From the NCBI GenBank assembly GCA_038087875.1, contig CM075988.1, positions 26,972,001 through 27,036,000 of the forward strand: DNA of 64,000 nt. The letters are read 5' to 3'. This stretch comes from Malacoraja senta (Eukaryota). Shown here piece after piece: positions 25,975-38,960 of this stretch (position 1 is its first letter; every line of letters begins with the position of its first letter). The position numbers and the translations under genes were made by a program. The notes under the pieces were generated by a model. The model made no database searches and had not been told where the DNA came from. It saw nothing but the letters and a program-made list of their open reading frames with translations.

Positions 25975-27215
25975 AGGAAACGTTACTGAGTTAGGCTGGT
26001 GCTGGAACAGCGTTTTAAATGTGTTCTTAATTATTTTTAAGTGTTTACAAATTATATAATATTCATGTTCAGTAGTTAAGATACACTTCTGATGGTATTG
26101 TGGGCAACTTGTAACACATTTGCTGACACTGCTGCAGTTATTATGTTAATTATTTTGTTTAAGTATTCACAGAGGAATCTCTGAAGTATTTGTCTACTAA
26201 CAGCATGAACAGTCATCACTCGGTTCTTCGTTGTCTAATTAATATGTAGATTTGAATGTGAGTTAAATCTATGTCTATCTTCTTTTGTATATTATATTGC
26301 CAGGTAATTCCAAGATCAATATGTAATAATGTCTTGGGAATGTGTTATCCTGCAGAATAAATCTGTGTACATATTTTAGCATGGAGAGAAAGCTTAAGAT
26401 AAATAGAGAAGAGAACATCTTTTCTCCCTAATCTCTTTATTCACATTATTTTTTCTATTAAATCCAGCTCCAAGTTAAAATGCATGATCCTGAATCATCA
26501 GTCCATGCAAGGGCTTAGCATCAAACCTTCCAAGGGTGTACATATACTGCAGAGACATTGACAAAATAATATCTGCCATGATGCTCATTATGGCTTTAAT
26601 TTTGGACCAACTATTTTTTTTATGAGCTAAAGATTTTTTTATTTTGCCAATGTTATGAACACATCACGTGGAAAATTAACACAAAATAAAGTTTCCAGGA
26701 AAGTATTAGAATTAAAATGTCATGTCATCCTGAAGATAGGAATGAAACTATTCAACCAATTGTTTATCACTTTGGCTGCGAGGAGTTACAACCCCTTTTA
26801 GTTTGGGTTCTCGAACACAATGATGGACAATCAAACTGTCACTCTTTTATAATACTGAAAGTCTTTCAGCTGTGCCCTCTTCAAATAGATGGTTTATTGA
26901 TCACGTCTCTACAAAATATTGCTTTTGCTGTAATAGCTGTGGCTTAAATGTCAACCAACATGTTCTGTTGATTTGCACGTCAATACATACACATTGTTTC
27001 TCCTGTCTCCTCTTGACTACTCCAGGGATTTTAGAGCAATCGTTGCCCCAGTAGATATTGCGTATGATTGATTTTATTTCCATCTCATTTCAATCGTCAG
27101 TAGCATCAGCCAGTTTTCTTTAACGTAGTCAAACCAAAATCCCAAGATTCTCCATAGAAGAATTATCTCCTTATTGTAAATGGAGATGAGAGTGGGGACA
27201 ATGTGGCAAGGGCTA

Positions 27216-27309
27216 GTCTGAAGAAGGGTCTCGACTTGAAGCGTCACCCATACCTCTCCAGAGAAGCTGCCTGTCCAGCTAAATTACTCCAGCACTTTAT
27301 GTGTATCTT
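27216..27309 (+). mobile_element. Solo PLE-terminal unit flanked by a 13-bp direct repeat
   Basis: TGGCAAG(G/A)GCTAG at 27204-27216 and 27310-27322. Confidence 0.78.
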
Positions 27310-27699
27310 TGGCAAGAGCTAGGACAGGTTGGGTTAACATTTCTAAAATTTCCATAACTCAAGCTAAACCAACCCAATTATGGAGTTGAAAACCAAGCAT
27401 CCATTAATGATTTTGTTTCAGTTATTTCTCTCTCTATTGGCATAGCCTGGTCTACTAGTGTTGGTTCAAAGGGCCTACAGTTAGGAACACCTCATGATTA
27501 AGGATCCTCTTCTTTTCGTGTCCATCTTGTTACAAATGTTGACCTCGCTGTCATCATCCGTCCTGAAAAAGACGCAAGCTTCCGGCGACAATCAGTGGAA
27601 GCCATCACTTGTCACAATAGATGATGGTGGAAGCAGAATTAGCTCAGGTTACTTGTAATTTCTTACCCCGCGACATGGACGCTTCTGCTATGGCGCCAT

Positions 27700-27793
27700 G
27701 ATTGTGGATGATCAGCCATGATCACATTGAATGGCGGTGCTAGCTCGAAGGGCCGAATGGCCTACTCCTGTACCTATTATTTATGTATCTATG
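27700..27793 (+). mobile_element. CR1 3' terminal fragment
   Basis: ggatgatcagccatgatcacattgaatggcgg...cctactcctg. Confidence 0.8.
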
Positions 27794-28287
27794 AAGATAA
27801 TGATACATCATGTGCTTCTTAATGTAACATGAACTCATTCGGTCTTGCCCTATCAGAGATATTCACTTTGTTCTACCCATTCCTCCCCTCACATTCTCCA
27901 ATAATGAAAACAAACTTGTTATTATCCCTTCCCCAATTCAGAGGAAGGATCCCGACATGAAACATTGCATATCCATGTCCTCCAGAGATGCTACCGCCTC
28001 TGTGTTTGCTCATCCTCCCCTTGATCCCCGCTGCCCATTGAATTTTCTATCCATGGGTTATGTTTTAGAGTTTCCATTGAGTTTTCTTACCTTACACATC
28101 TTAAATATATAATCCCATTGGCTATTGCAAATCACTTTGTAACAGAGGCAAGTGCGGAAGAATCAAAGCTGAGATGGATGTGATGATGAAAACAGGGTTA
28201 CAGGCAAATAAGAAGAGGAAAATGTAACTGATGGGATTGCTCTGTTGGGAGCTAAACTAGATCAGATGGGTCAAATGGCCTCTGCTA

Positions 28288-28455
28288 TACATTTAGCATG
28301 GAGATGAGGAATTTCTTTAACAAGAGGACGGTGAATAGGTAGACGGTGAGAAGGCAGGAGAATGCAGTTGAGAGGGAAAGATGGATCAGCCATGATTGAA
28401 TGACAAGTAGACTTGATGGGCCGAATGGCCTAATTCTGTTCCTTTGTCTTATGAT
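28288..28455 (+). mobile_element. CR1 3' fragment
   Basis: gagatgaggaatttcttt...gatcagccatgattgaatg...ggccgaatggccta. Confidence 0.7.
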
Positions 28456-29261
28456 CAAATGATATCTGCTGGAAAAAAATACACTCAAGGTCGTCATTAT
28501 TAAAATAAAATGGTGATGTTTTGCAGTGCAGTACATTAGTGTCATAGGATTTGATGGCAATGTCTTGGTGATACAGGAAGTATTTTTGTAAAGAAATACC
28601 TTCCCTACCTGTGGCCCTTTAAGACAAATACTGCTTAGTTCTCAATGCATTGACTTTCCATTGAACTGAGAGCAATGTTTAGAAAAAGGATGAATAATTG
28701 ATAAACAAAGAATAGATTGAATATGTTTGTATGTGTCCCTGTAATATTAATAGCTGCACTGGCAATTTATATGCAAATTGAGTTTTTTAATTCCATTTCA
28801 AAGTTACAATTTATTTGTGTGACTCTTCATGTGAGGCAGCAGCGATCTTCCCAGTATAATCGATAAGCTCAGCAGCTGGCTGATGGTGAGAAATATTAAA
28901 CAGACGAGATCTTCCTACATCTCGCGAGATATAATTAGTTTGGAAAGGGACTGCTAGTCAGAGTCAAACAGAATGAGACACAGGCCCTTTGGCCCATCAC
29001 GTCTCTGCTGACCAGTGGACACCCATCCACTATCCTCTACACTGTTCAGCCAATTGATTAGATTGTGGAAAATGACCACTTCAATGTAATTTACTTTCTT
29101 TTTTCTCCTTATTACTGAAGAGTGGGAGTATTAAACAGTTTTGAAAGTTTCAACTGTCCTAGAAGGTATAACTTTAGGGGGAAAGTTCTGGCTATACACC
29201 ACCCACTGTGTCATTGTTTTATTTCTATGTGACCTTGTTCTAATATTAATATTACATTAGC

Positions 29262-29610
29262 CATCTCCCCGACAGGCTGCCTGCACCAACCTCATTGAGT
29301 TGGCGGCTTTTCCTGGAGACCGACCCGGCGCTCCAAGCCGCGGGAGTCTGCGGGACTTTAACATCACGGAGCTTGCGATCCTTTTGCCGGGGATCCAAGC
29401 TCTGACCGCGGGGCCTGTGAACTTTAACATCATGAAGCCCGTGGTCTCTGGTAAGAAGAGGCCGATTCTGGAGCTCCATGCTGTGGAAAGAGTTTCAACC
29501 ACCCCGACGCGGGAGTTTCGATCACCCCGACGGATACTTCGACTGGTGGCTGCGGGGGCATTGATCGCCCCGACTGCAGATGGTTCGACTGCCCCGACTG
29601 CGGGAGAACA
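29262..29610. repeat. Unclassified CpG-rich segment, probably an interspersed-repeat fragment
   Basis: Abrupt GC/CpG-rich island with internal duplications (actttaacatca x2, gccccgactgc x2), abutting an (AATTG)n retroposon-like tail. Confidence 0.5.
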
Positions 29611-31079
29611 AATTGAATTGAATTGAATTGAATAAATGTTATTAGCCAGATATGTAGCCCTCTTCTGTGGGCTGATGTGAAGAGCAAAGCTTTCCTGGAA
29701 ATGCCTCTAATAACACATAGTAGTGAGAGACAGCTACGATGTCCATTAGTATCAATTACACCTCCAAACAGAAAGGGAAGGGAAGAAATTACTTTTGTTT
29801 CAATAGCATTCTGATACATTTAACTTGACTCCGATCCTTAAAATGAATAGACACGAATCATTAATTGTTGATGGGTCCACTGGTGTAAAGGAAATCATAA
29901 AGACATCATTCTACCAAAGGTCTGTGTCCAAGACTGTAGCCTCCTCTCCCACCCATTGGTAACGTTGATTATTGGTGCTTTGGTTGTTGAAGGTATTTCT
30001 CCACAGCTACATTGCTGTGACCCACATTTCCAATGTATCCACAGTGCCAGGCATATCACAGACTTGTTATTACTGTGCTTACTCCAGGCATTTATCGTCT
30101 AGACGTTGATCGAGAGGAGGTGACAAGACTTATCAAGGTTTGTAAAATGATAATAATAATAATAATAATAATATGGTGCAGTTTTGCAATCACGCAATTA
30201 AGGTCTCAATAGTTTGAGGGGATTTGATTTTCACAACCTACCTATTACTGTGCTCTATCCACACACTCTGCTTTGTCTGCTCAGCTTTATTTTGATCTAA
30301 CATTGCGCAGGTCAGTACATATGATGTTAACCAGACGGGCATCACCAGACCACATCTCACTGCAGATTGGTGTCCAGTTTTCTTGCCACAATGCTGCTCC
30401 GTCTAAGCAATCAGCCTTCAGCCAACCCTCAGGAAAAATATCAGTAACTGTTCAACCGCTTTTGATCATCGGCAACTAAAGCTTGATGTTAAATGCCTGC
30501 AGGTTCTGTCACCAGGAGCAAGGCTGTATTATGTTTAGGTTAATCAGAAACGTGTACTTCTGAATTGCTGCAGATCTGCCCATTATCAATATTCAGCCAT
30601 CACAGGGGCGTGAGCCAACACTGCCAGCCCACTATATTTATTCAAAGGATTATCTTCAATTGAATATTTTCAATTTTTGTATTCCATCCCCATACAGCAC
30701 AGAATCAGAACAACTGCGTCTATGCAAGGTCATTCATTGCTTACTTATTTAAAATAGATTGCAACTCCTTCCATTTGTCTTATACGTTATGAATTATATT
30801 TACATTCTGTGATTGTACCGATTTCCATAATTATTTGTAATAATTATATCACACCATATATTGCACAAAGTATTACATTTACAATGCGCTCTGCTCCATA
30901 CATTTGGTAGACTGCTTTGGTTCATATTATCGACCTTGACAAATGTTATTCTTAGTGGGACAAGAATCTTCCTCACTACCCCATGTGGCATACGACAAAG
31001 TTCCTTTCATGCACAGAGTTGCAGGTTTCACCCTACGTCACAACATTACATTGATGTTATTTTACAAGAGATCTTTGAT

Positions 31080-31352
31080 TCACAAGCTTGAACAATAAAT
31101 CCAGACTGGTACTCAATGTAGTATTGAAGGGGCACTGTGCTGTCAGGGGTATCATTCACTGAAATCCTAAACCAAGATCTTTTCTGATGGGCATCAAAAG
31201 AATCCTTTGACAGTAGGTGCCCTGCGCAGGATTTATCCACCAATCAATATTCATGCAAGAGATCACTTGATCATTTTGAGGTTTCTTTTCATAGGATCTT
31301 GCTGTGAACAAGTTATGGCACATTTGGATTCCTATATTACTACAGTGACTAC
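31080..31352 (+). mobile_element. Deu-domain SINE relic (SacSINE1/AmnSINE-like)
   Basis: gtagtattgaaggggcactgtgctgtcagggg...atttatccac...ggatcttgctgtg...cctatattactacagtgactac follows the Deu consensus order as I recall it. Confidence 0.65.
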
Positions 31353-31817
31353 GATTTCATTCAATTTTATTATCTCCAAATCATCCCCCTTTCATTATTC
31401 TTTCCCTCCCTGCTTTCCTCCATCTGCTTCCCTTCCTCCATCATCCCATTCCTACCCATTGTTTCTTCTCTCCCCCATTCCTTTTACCCCGTCACTATTT
31501 CCACCACTGTGCTATTACACCCCATAAGAGAGTGTGCATCACTTCTGCCATGATGCCTTTTGCTGAAACTGACAATGACTTCATGGAAACACACTCTACT
31601 CCAACCACTGACCATTCCGCCAAAATTATTCAGATTGTTTCGTCAGCTCCTCTCCTCATTTTGTTTTATTCTTTATCATAGATTTTCTTTTGGTTTGAAT
31701 AACAGACTCGAAGAATGAAACCTTTCAGATTTGCGTGTTTCTTCTATTGACTAAACATCAGATGTGATGCCTACACTGTAGAAGAGCCCTCCTTCATTTA
31801 CCACACAGCACAGATGC

Positions 31818-32147
31818 ACAGACACACACAAACATGCACATACAAAACCATACAGTTGCAACACACACGCGCGCACACACATGCACACGCACACACACAC
31901 ACACGCACACACACGCGCACACGCACACACACACACACTCACACACACACACTAAAGCACATGCACACACACGCACACACACATGCACACACATGCACAC
32001 ACACACACATACACGCACACACACACGCAACACACACGCACACACACACACACACGCGCACACACGCATACACATGCACACGCACACACACACGCACACA
32101 CACACACACGCACACATGTGCACATGATCATGCAGACACATACATAC
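31818..32147. repeat. Imperfect (CA)n microsatellite
   Basis: Direct inspection. Confidence 0.95.
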
Positions 32148-33085
32148 AAAAATTCAGATACAACCTGTTAAGTTTCAAAGTGAAGTACTTGAATGTTGAA
32201 AACTTTTGGAAAGTTTGGCATTCAATTGACTTTTGTGTTCTGTATTTCCTTCAGTATAACAGATGTAGCATTGTTTGTTACTTGAGGCCAACCTCAGGCT
32301 GTGAAAGGTGGCTCCTCTGCAGTTCTTTCCTTTTCCAATTTACTCCTCGCTGGAAAGACTTGAAATTCTGCAAAATCCTTGGTACGGTTCTTATATTTAT
32401 TTTGAAAATCTGGCAGGTTAAGGTGGAACATCTTAAAATCCTTTTGTCTGACTGGAGTATTGTTGCATGAAGGCAGTAGGGTGCCTTCTGTGTGCATTTA
32501 TTTACAGAGACAGTTCCCTTTTGTGGGAAGATAGAAACTAATTATGAAAGCAATGTAGCATTTGTGTGCAAGTCATTGGCTTGGAATCACTGGATAGATG
32601 CAATACATTGATTAATGGCTTCATAGCTTCAGCATTTATGAGTTGGTGATATTTTTATATGATTCTGCTTCACAATGCAGTGGCATAATCAACCATGCTG
32701 CTCATCAACTACCAGAGTGATTAATAAAGTAATTAGCTCTTCTTCAGAGCATATGACTGCAACCAATAATATTGAGAGCTTCAGCGAAATACAATGAACC
32801 AGTTGAAACTAGTGATCTAAAACTGTTACATTACAATTTACAAGTTTTTCAGTGAACAGACTAGTTTTCAAATCGGCAATTTAACTTAATTTTCAGCTAC
32901 TTTTTTTCTCTTGTATATCTGTCTAAAATTCCACATTTTAGTTTTCCCCCAAACATTTCTCTTCCTGTGACTCCTATTATGCTCCTGCACCAGGTAACAA
33001 TTGCTGAGAGATTTATTTTAAGAGAGCCACAACAGACCACTGATGCTGCAATCTCATCACGTCACAAAGTTGTGGAGGAACTTAA

Positions 33086-33368
33086 GGGCGGCAAAGTTGC
33101 TGCTTTACAGCGCCAAAGACCCGGGTTCGATCCTGACTATGGGTGCTGTCTGTGTGGAGTTTCCATGTGCTCCCTGTGACCGTGTGGGTTTTCTCTGGGT
33201 GCTCCAGTTTCCATACTGTAAATACGTGTGGGTTTGTAGGTCTATTCACTTCTGTAAATTGTCCCTAGTGTGTAGGATAGAACAAGCATACGGGTGATCG
33301 CTGGTCAGCGTGGACACGGTCGGTCAAAGGGCCTGTTTCTGTGCTGTATCTCTAATCTAATCTAAACT
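33086..33368 (+). mobile_element. HE1-type SINE
   Basis: gacccgggttcgatcctgact...tggagtttccatg...gggcctgtttctgtgctgtatctctaatctaa. Confidence 0.85.
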
Positions 33369-33929
33369 CAATGAGTCAGGCAGCATCTGGAAAGGGACAG
33401 GTGATGTTTCGGATCGGGACTCCAGACTAATAGGAATAATGGGTAGAAAGCTGGAAAAGAGAGGTGGGGGCAGGATAAAGCTTGATTGAATGTTACTTCT
33501 TCCTTGTTTTATGCCATGACTTTTACATTAATATATCGACTAATCTTCAAGGTAATCCAAAACTAAAACAATACTGAGATCTGGCGTAGAAAGTGACGGA
33601 GATAGTTCATCAAAACAGGGCCAATATTTCAAGTCAATGATCCTTTGCCTAGAAAAGTGTTGAAACAAGAATGCTTTAAGCTGCCAAGGAGGGATGGATG
33701 GAGAGAACAAGGATAATGTCTGTGATAAGATGCACATCAAGGTTATCATCCTTAATACCATTTATGAGATGGGCTTGAATGGCAGCTGATTGTAACTGAT
33801 TGTGAGGAATGTAAAATGGGGAAGATGAATGCGGGCAGTTAGAGAGACATAAAACCGTGCTGGAATGATGATCTGCAGAAGGCTGCCATTGCTGCAAATC
33901 TGAACCAAAGGAGAATGCTGGAAATATTC

Positions 33930-34220
33930 AGCACATCAGCTGACCTTCCATTTGCACCTCTTCCAATGTTCACTGCACACATTTCGATCCTTCCTCCCCT
34001 CCTCCCTCTGTCTTCACAATCCTTCAGTCTCACACCTCATGCTTTAATACTGGCCTTTGTTCCAACCCTCGCCTGTGTCCCCCTCTTGTCACACTTTGTC
34101 TACTGTTTCTCTCTCCCCTACAATCAGTCTGAAGGAGGGTCTCAACCCAAAACGTCACCTATCCATGTTCTCCAGAGATGCTGCCTGACCTGCTGAGTTA
34201 CTCCAGCATTTGTGTCCTTC
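33930..34220 (+). mobile_element. PLE 3' region and terminal repeat
   Basis: Pyrimidine-rich region, then cagtctgaaggagggtctcaacccaaaacgtcacc...gagttactccagc. Confidence 0.7.
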
Positions 34221-35044
34221 ACTGCATACATTGTTCATTACATCATCTCTGCTAAACTAAATGCAGTTTTGGTGATCAATGAAAAATTGATGCATTTGAT
34301 TAAGTCTCGTGATCCTGGTTTAACTCATCATGCAAAACATTGCAATCTGTGCTTAATGGGCCCTGTAGCAGAAGTGGCAGGACATTGGTATTCCACAATC
34401 CATCTGTATGTGTCCAGCTCCCACCCAGATGAGGAGAGCAGCTCGCTGGGCTTGGTGGACCCTATGAAGCTGCCTGTCCCGCTGAGTTACTCCAGCATAT
34501 TGTGTCTACCTTCGAGGAAAGCCCACTCGCGGTGTCAGTCAGAGCTACGGTACACAACTGGCGACCAAGGCAACGAGCAGAAACAAACCCTCATAAACAC
34601 CAACAGGCCACGTTATTGAAAAGCTGTAAGGTCCAGATATCAGTGAGTATCTGTGCATCTTGACTAACTTGTTGGCACATTCACTGCATCCTACTTTGAG
34701 AGACAGCTTGCAACTGTAATGTATCCGGAGTGGGTTTCTGAGCAGTTGTGATCAAGGGGAGAAAACATTGTGTAGACTGCAGCAGATGGACAGTTGGCCT
34801 TCCCGAGCTGGTGGAAGAATCCAAATTGTCTGCCATACTGCTGGATTCAACCTGAATAATATCAATCTCAGTTCAACGCACTGTGCTAGATTTAGTTAAT
34901 CATCCTGAACTTGTCATCATTGTGAAAGATGGCTGTTCTACGGTGTAGGCATCACATCTGATCCTGACCTCACCATCACTCTCACTCTCTGTTTTTAACT
35001 ATCATCTCCTGACACAGAAAAGGCCTTGAATAATTTAGGACTTG

Positions 35045-35275
35045 ATTTGGTAATGACGGCCACAAAGCTACTAAATTGTCATAAAAAACCCACCTGGTTC
35101 ACTAATATTCTCCAGAAGAGGACATTTGCCATCATTATCTGGTCTAGCGTATATGTGACTCCAACCTTACTAATGTTGGCGAATCTTAAAGAACTTGACA
35201 ATTGTTCATTTCAAGAACAATTAGGGATGGGCAATAAATGTGACTCTCAGAGCAATAACTGGATGAATGAATGAA
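35045..35275 (+). mobile_element. Old chondrichthyan SINE relic, 3' half
   Basis: aaaaacccacctggttcactaat...atgtgactcca...caattagggatgggcaataaatg; related inverted copy at 44880-45230. Confidence 0.6.
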
Positions 35276-35303
35276 TTAATTAATTAATTAATGAATAGAT
35301 GAA

Positions 35304-35820
35304 GACACACATACATACATACACACATACACACACATACACACATACACACACATACATACATACATACACACACATACATACATACACACACACATAC
35401 ATACATACATACACACATACACACACATACATACATACACACACATACATACATACACTCACATACACACATACACACACATACATACATACACATACAT
35501 ACATACACACACATACATACATGCATACATACATACACACATACACACACATACATACATACATACATACATACACACATACATACATACATACACACAT
35601 ACATACATACATGCATACATACATACACACATACACACACATACATACATACATACATACACACATACATACATGCATACATACACACATACACACACAT
35701 ACATACACACACATACATGCATACATACACACACATACACATACATACATACATACATACACATACATACATACATACATACATACATACATACATACAT
35801 ACATACATACATACATACAT
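35304..35820. repeat. (CATA)n/(CA)n compound microsatellite
   Basis: Direct inspection. Confidence 0.97.
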
Positions 35821-36145
35821 AAGAATGAGACTCAGGAAGTTGATTGTGTGTTTGGAAGAGCAGGCAGTGTATCGAATATGACAGATTAATAATTTTGTAG
35901 CTTTCATAATGATGAAGTTGAGGATTATTAACTAAATTTAAATTCTACAGCTGTCATGATGGGATTTGAAATAACACTGTCCAAACATTTCTCTGAGATT
36001 AACAAATTCATTGTAAACTAGATATTAAACTTTAAATCTTCTTGCCCGGTATAATGCAGCACCACAAATCTCTCACCATTCTTTTCTTTTCAAAGATATT
36101 GAAAAATGGACAATATTTAATCATTACACAACCCTCCGTTCAGGA

Positions 36146-36250
36146 ACCAGAGTTAGGGTTAGGGTTAGAGTCTGAAGAAGGGTCTTTGAAACGTCTCCAG
36201 AGATGATGCATTACCCACTGAGTTACTCCAGCTTTTTGTGTCTATCCTTG
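36146..36250 (+). mobile_element. PLE-terminal unit preceded by a short (TTAGGG) tract, flanked by an 8-bp direct repeat
   Basis: GTTCAGGA at 36138-36145 and 36251-36258; GTTAGGGTTAGGGTTAG at 36152-36168. Confidence 0.72.
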
Positions 36251-36298
36251 GTTCAGGAGTCTGCCTTGTCTCTCCTGAAAGGGTGGTAAAGATGTCTT

Positions 36299-36526
36299 TT
36301 TGTTTAAGAAGGAACTGCAGATGCTGGAAAATCCCAGGTACACAAAAATGCTGGAGAAACTCAGCGGGTGCAGCAGCATCTATGGAGCGAAGGAAATAGG
36401 CAACGTTTCGGGCCGAAACCGTTCTTCAGACTGAAGAAGAAGGGTTTCAGCCCGAAACGTTGCCTATTTCCTTCGGTCCATGGATGCTGCTGCACCCCCT
36501 GAGTTTCTCCAGCATTTTTGTGTACC
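36299..36526. mobile_element. Head-to-head PLE-terminal pair with two hammerhead cores, flanked by a 15-bp direct repeat
   Basis: TGGTAAAGATGTCTT at 36284-36298 and 36527-36541; ~95-bp inverted arms centred near 36430. Confidence 0.88.
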
Positions 36527-37224
36527 TGGTAAAGATGTCTTGTTAAGATACCCCTTGCTTTCCTTGCAAGTTAAACATTTCATTGACAAAAATATACAGG
36601 AAGGAGTTAAGTGTTGCTCTGTGCAAAGCTTACTTTGTATGTGTAAGAACTCCCTGACATTCCGTGCACCAATAACACAGATTTTATTCGACAATTTATC
36701 AAATGTCCAATAATTCAAATCACCTAAAAGCTCACAGAAATTTCTACTGAACACCATTAACTATTATCTTATTTCATTTGTGTGATTAATGTTCAGACCT
36801 ATTCATATTGATTTCAATGGTATGTATATGAAACATATCTGCCTCTGCTAAATGGGTTTTGATAACAAGGAAGAGATTGTGATTTGCATTTTAATACAAT
36901 CAATAATTATAATCTTCTCAATGTAGACATGAATTTATTACTGTTTGAGGAGTCTAAACCAGACATCCTACTGGTAGTCACTTTGTGATAAGGGGCACCT
37001 CTCCATGACAAATCTCCAGGAATTAAGTGTTCATCCTAACACTGCAAGACCTTTGACAAAGGACTTGTTTTGTGTAGTGAATGCATCATCTGGTGATGTG
37101 GTCCATATTCAGGGATTCAGCAGCCAACCTAAATGAGTTTTGGTTGTGTGGCTGTATGGTGAACACACATTTCACTGTGCGAACTGGCACACGTGACAAA
37201 TAAATGTATCTTGCATCTTGAGTA

Positions 37225-37806
37225 GGCCACTGCCATGACTGACTTCATCAGCAAGTGCATGGAATATTATCAGCAAGTGATACACTATCCTTATACAATA
37301 TACACCCACGACCATTAAGCCAAACTCAACTTACAAATGCGCAGACAACACCACCATGGTGGGTCGGATATCAAATAATGATGAGACGGAGTACAGGAAG
37401 GAGATTGAGAACCTCATAACCTGGTGTTGAGACAACAACCTTTCACTCAATGACAGCAAGACAAAGGAGAAGGTGGTCGACTTCAAGAAGTGAAGCGGTC
37501 CACATTCCCCGGTTTGCATTGAAGCCTTCAAGTTCTTAGGTGTAAATATCACCAGCAATTTGTATTGGACCACCCATACCGAAGCAATGACCAAGAAAGC
37601 ACACCAACGCCTCTACTTCCTTAGAAGGCTTAGGAAGTTCGGCATGTCCCCAAGAACTCTTGACAACTTCTACAGATGCAGAGTAGAAAGTATTTTATTG
37701 GGATGCATCACAGTGTGGTTTGGCAACAACTCCATCCAACACCGCATAAAATTGCAGCAAACTGTGGATGTAGCCCAGACCATCACGCAAACCAACCTCC
37801 CTTCCA
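37225..37806 (+). mobile_element. Rex1/Babar LINE fragment, interrupted by CR1
   Basis: ADNTTMVG...KTKE.VVDF...KKAHQRLYFLRRLRKFGMSPRTLDNFYRC; appears to resume at 38961. Confidence 0.85.
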
Positions 37807-37813
37807 ATGTGAT

Positions 37814-38881
37814 CATAGATACATAGATACATAGAAAATAGGTGCTGGAGTAGGCCATTCGGCCCTTCGAGCCTGCACTGCCATTCAATATGATCATGGC
37901 TGATCATCCAACTCAGTATCCCGTACCTGCCTTCTCTCCATACCCCCTGATCCCTTTAGCCACAAGGGCCACATCTAACTCCCTCTTAAATATAGCCAAT
38001 GAACTGGCCTCAACTACCCTCTGTGGCAGAGAGTTCCAGAGATTCACCACTCTCTGTTTGAAAAAGTTTTTCCTCATCTCGGTCTTAAAGGATTTCCCCC
38101 TTATCCTTAAGCTGTGACCCCTTGTCCTGGACTTCCCCAACATCGGGAACAATCTTCCTGTATCTAGCCTGTCCAACCCCATAAGAATTTTGTACGTTTC
38201 TATAAGATCCCCTCTCAATCTCCTAAATTCTAGCGAGTATAAGCCAAGTCTATCCAGTCTTTCTTCATATGAAAGTCCTGACATCCCAGGAATCAGTCTG
38301 GTGAACTTTCTCTGCACTCCCTCTATGGCTATAATGTCCTTCCTCAGATTTGGAGACCAAAACTGTACGCAATACTCCAGGTGTGGTCTCACCAAGACCC
38401 TGTACAACTGCAGTAGAACCTCCCTGCTCCTATACTCAAATCCTCTTGCTATGAAGGCCAACATACCATTCGCTTTCTTCACTGCCTGCTGCACCTGCAT
38501 GCCTACTTTCAATGACTGGTGTACCATGACACCTAGGTCTCGCTGCATCTCCCCATTTCCTAATCGGCCACCATTTAGATAATAGTCTGCCTTCCCGTTT
38601 TTGCCACCAAAGTGGATAACCTCACATTTATCCACATTATACTGCATCTGCCAAACATTTGCCCACTCACCCAGCCTATCCAAGTCACCTTGCAGTCTCC
38701 TAGCATCCTCCTCACAGCTAACACTGCCCCCCAGCTTAGTGTCATCCGCAAACTTGGAGATGTTGCTTTCAATTCCCTCGTCCAGATCATTAATATAAAT
38801 TGTAAATAGCTGGGGTCCCAGCACTGAGCCTTGTGGTACCCCACTAGTCACTGCCTGCCATTGTGAAAAGGACCCGTTTAC
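37814..38881 (-). mobile_element. Young CR1/HER1 LINE, 5'-truncated, open ORF2 C-terminus
   Basis: ORF 37913-38896: SGVPQGSVLGP, FADD, LVRPHLEYCVQFWSP, TRGH; (TATGTATC)n tail. Confidence 0.97.
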
Positions 38882-38882
38882 T

Positions 38883-38960
38883 TCAGCCATGATCACATTG
38901 AATGGCGGTGCTGGCTCGAAGGGCGAATGGCCTACTCCTGCACCTATTGTCTATTATCTA
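38883..38960 (+). mobile_element. CR1 3' terminal fragment, inverted relative to its neighbour
   Basis: tcagccatgatcacattgaatggcgg...cctactcctgcacctattgtctatt. Confidence 0.85.

Noticed and set aside
29262..29610. CpG-island promoter
   Set aside because: Short, internally duplicated and abutting a retroposon tail; more likely a young repeat fragment.
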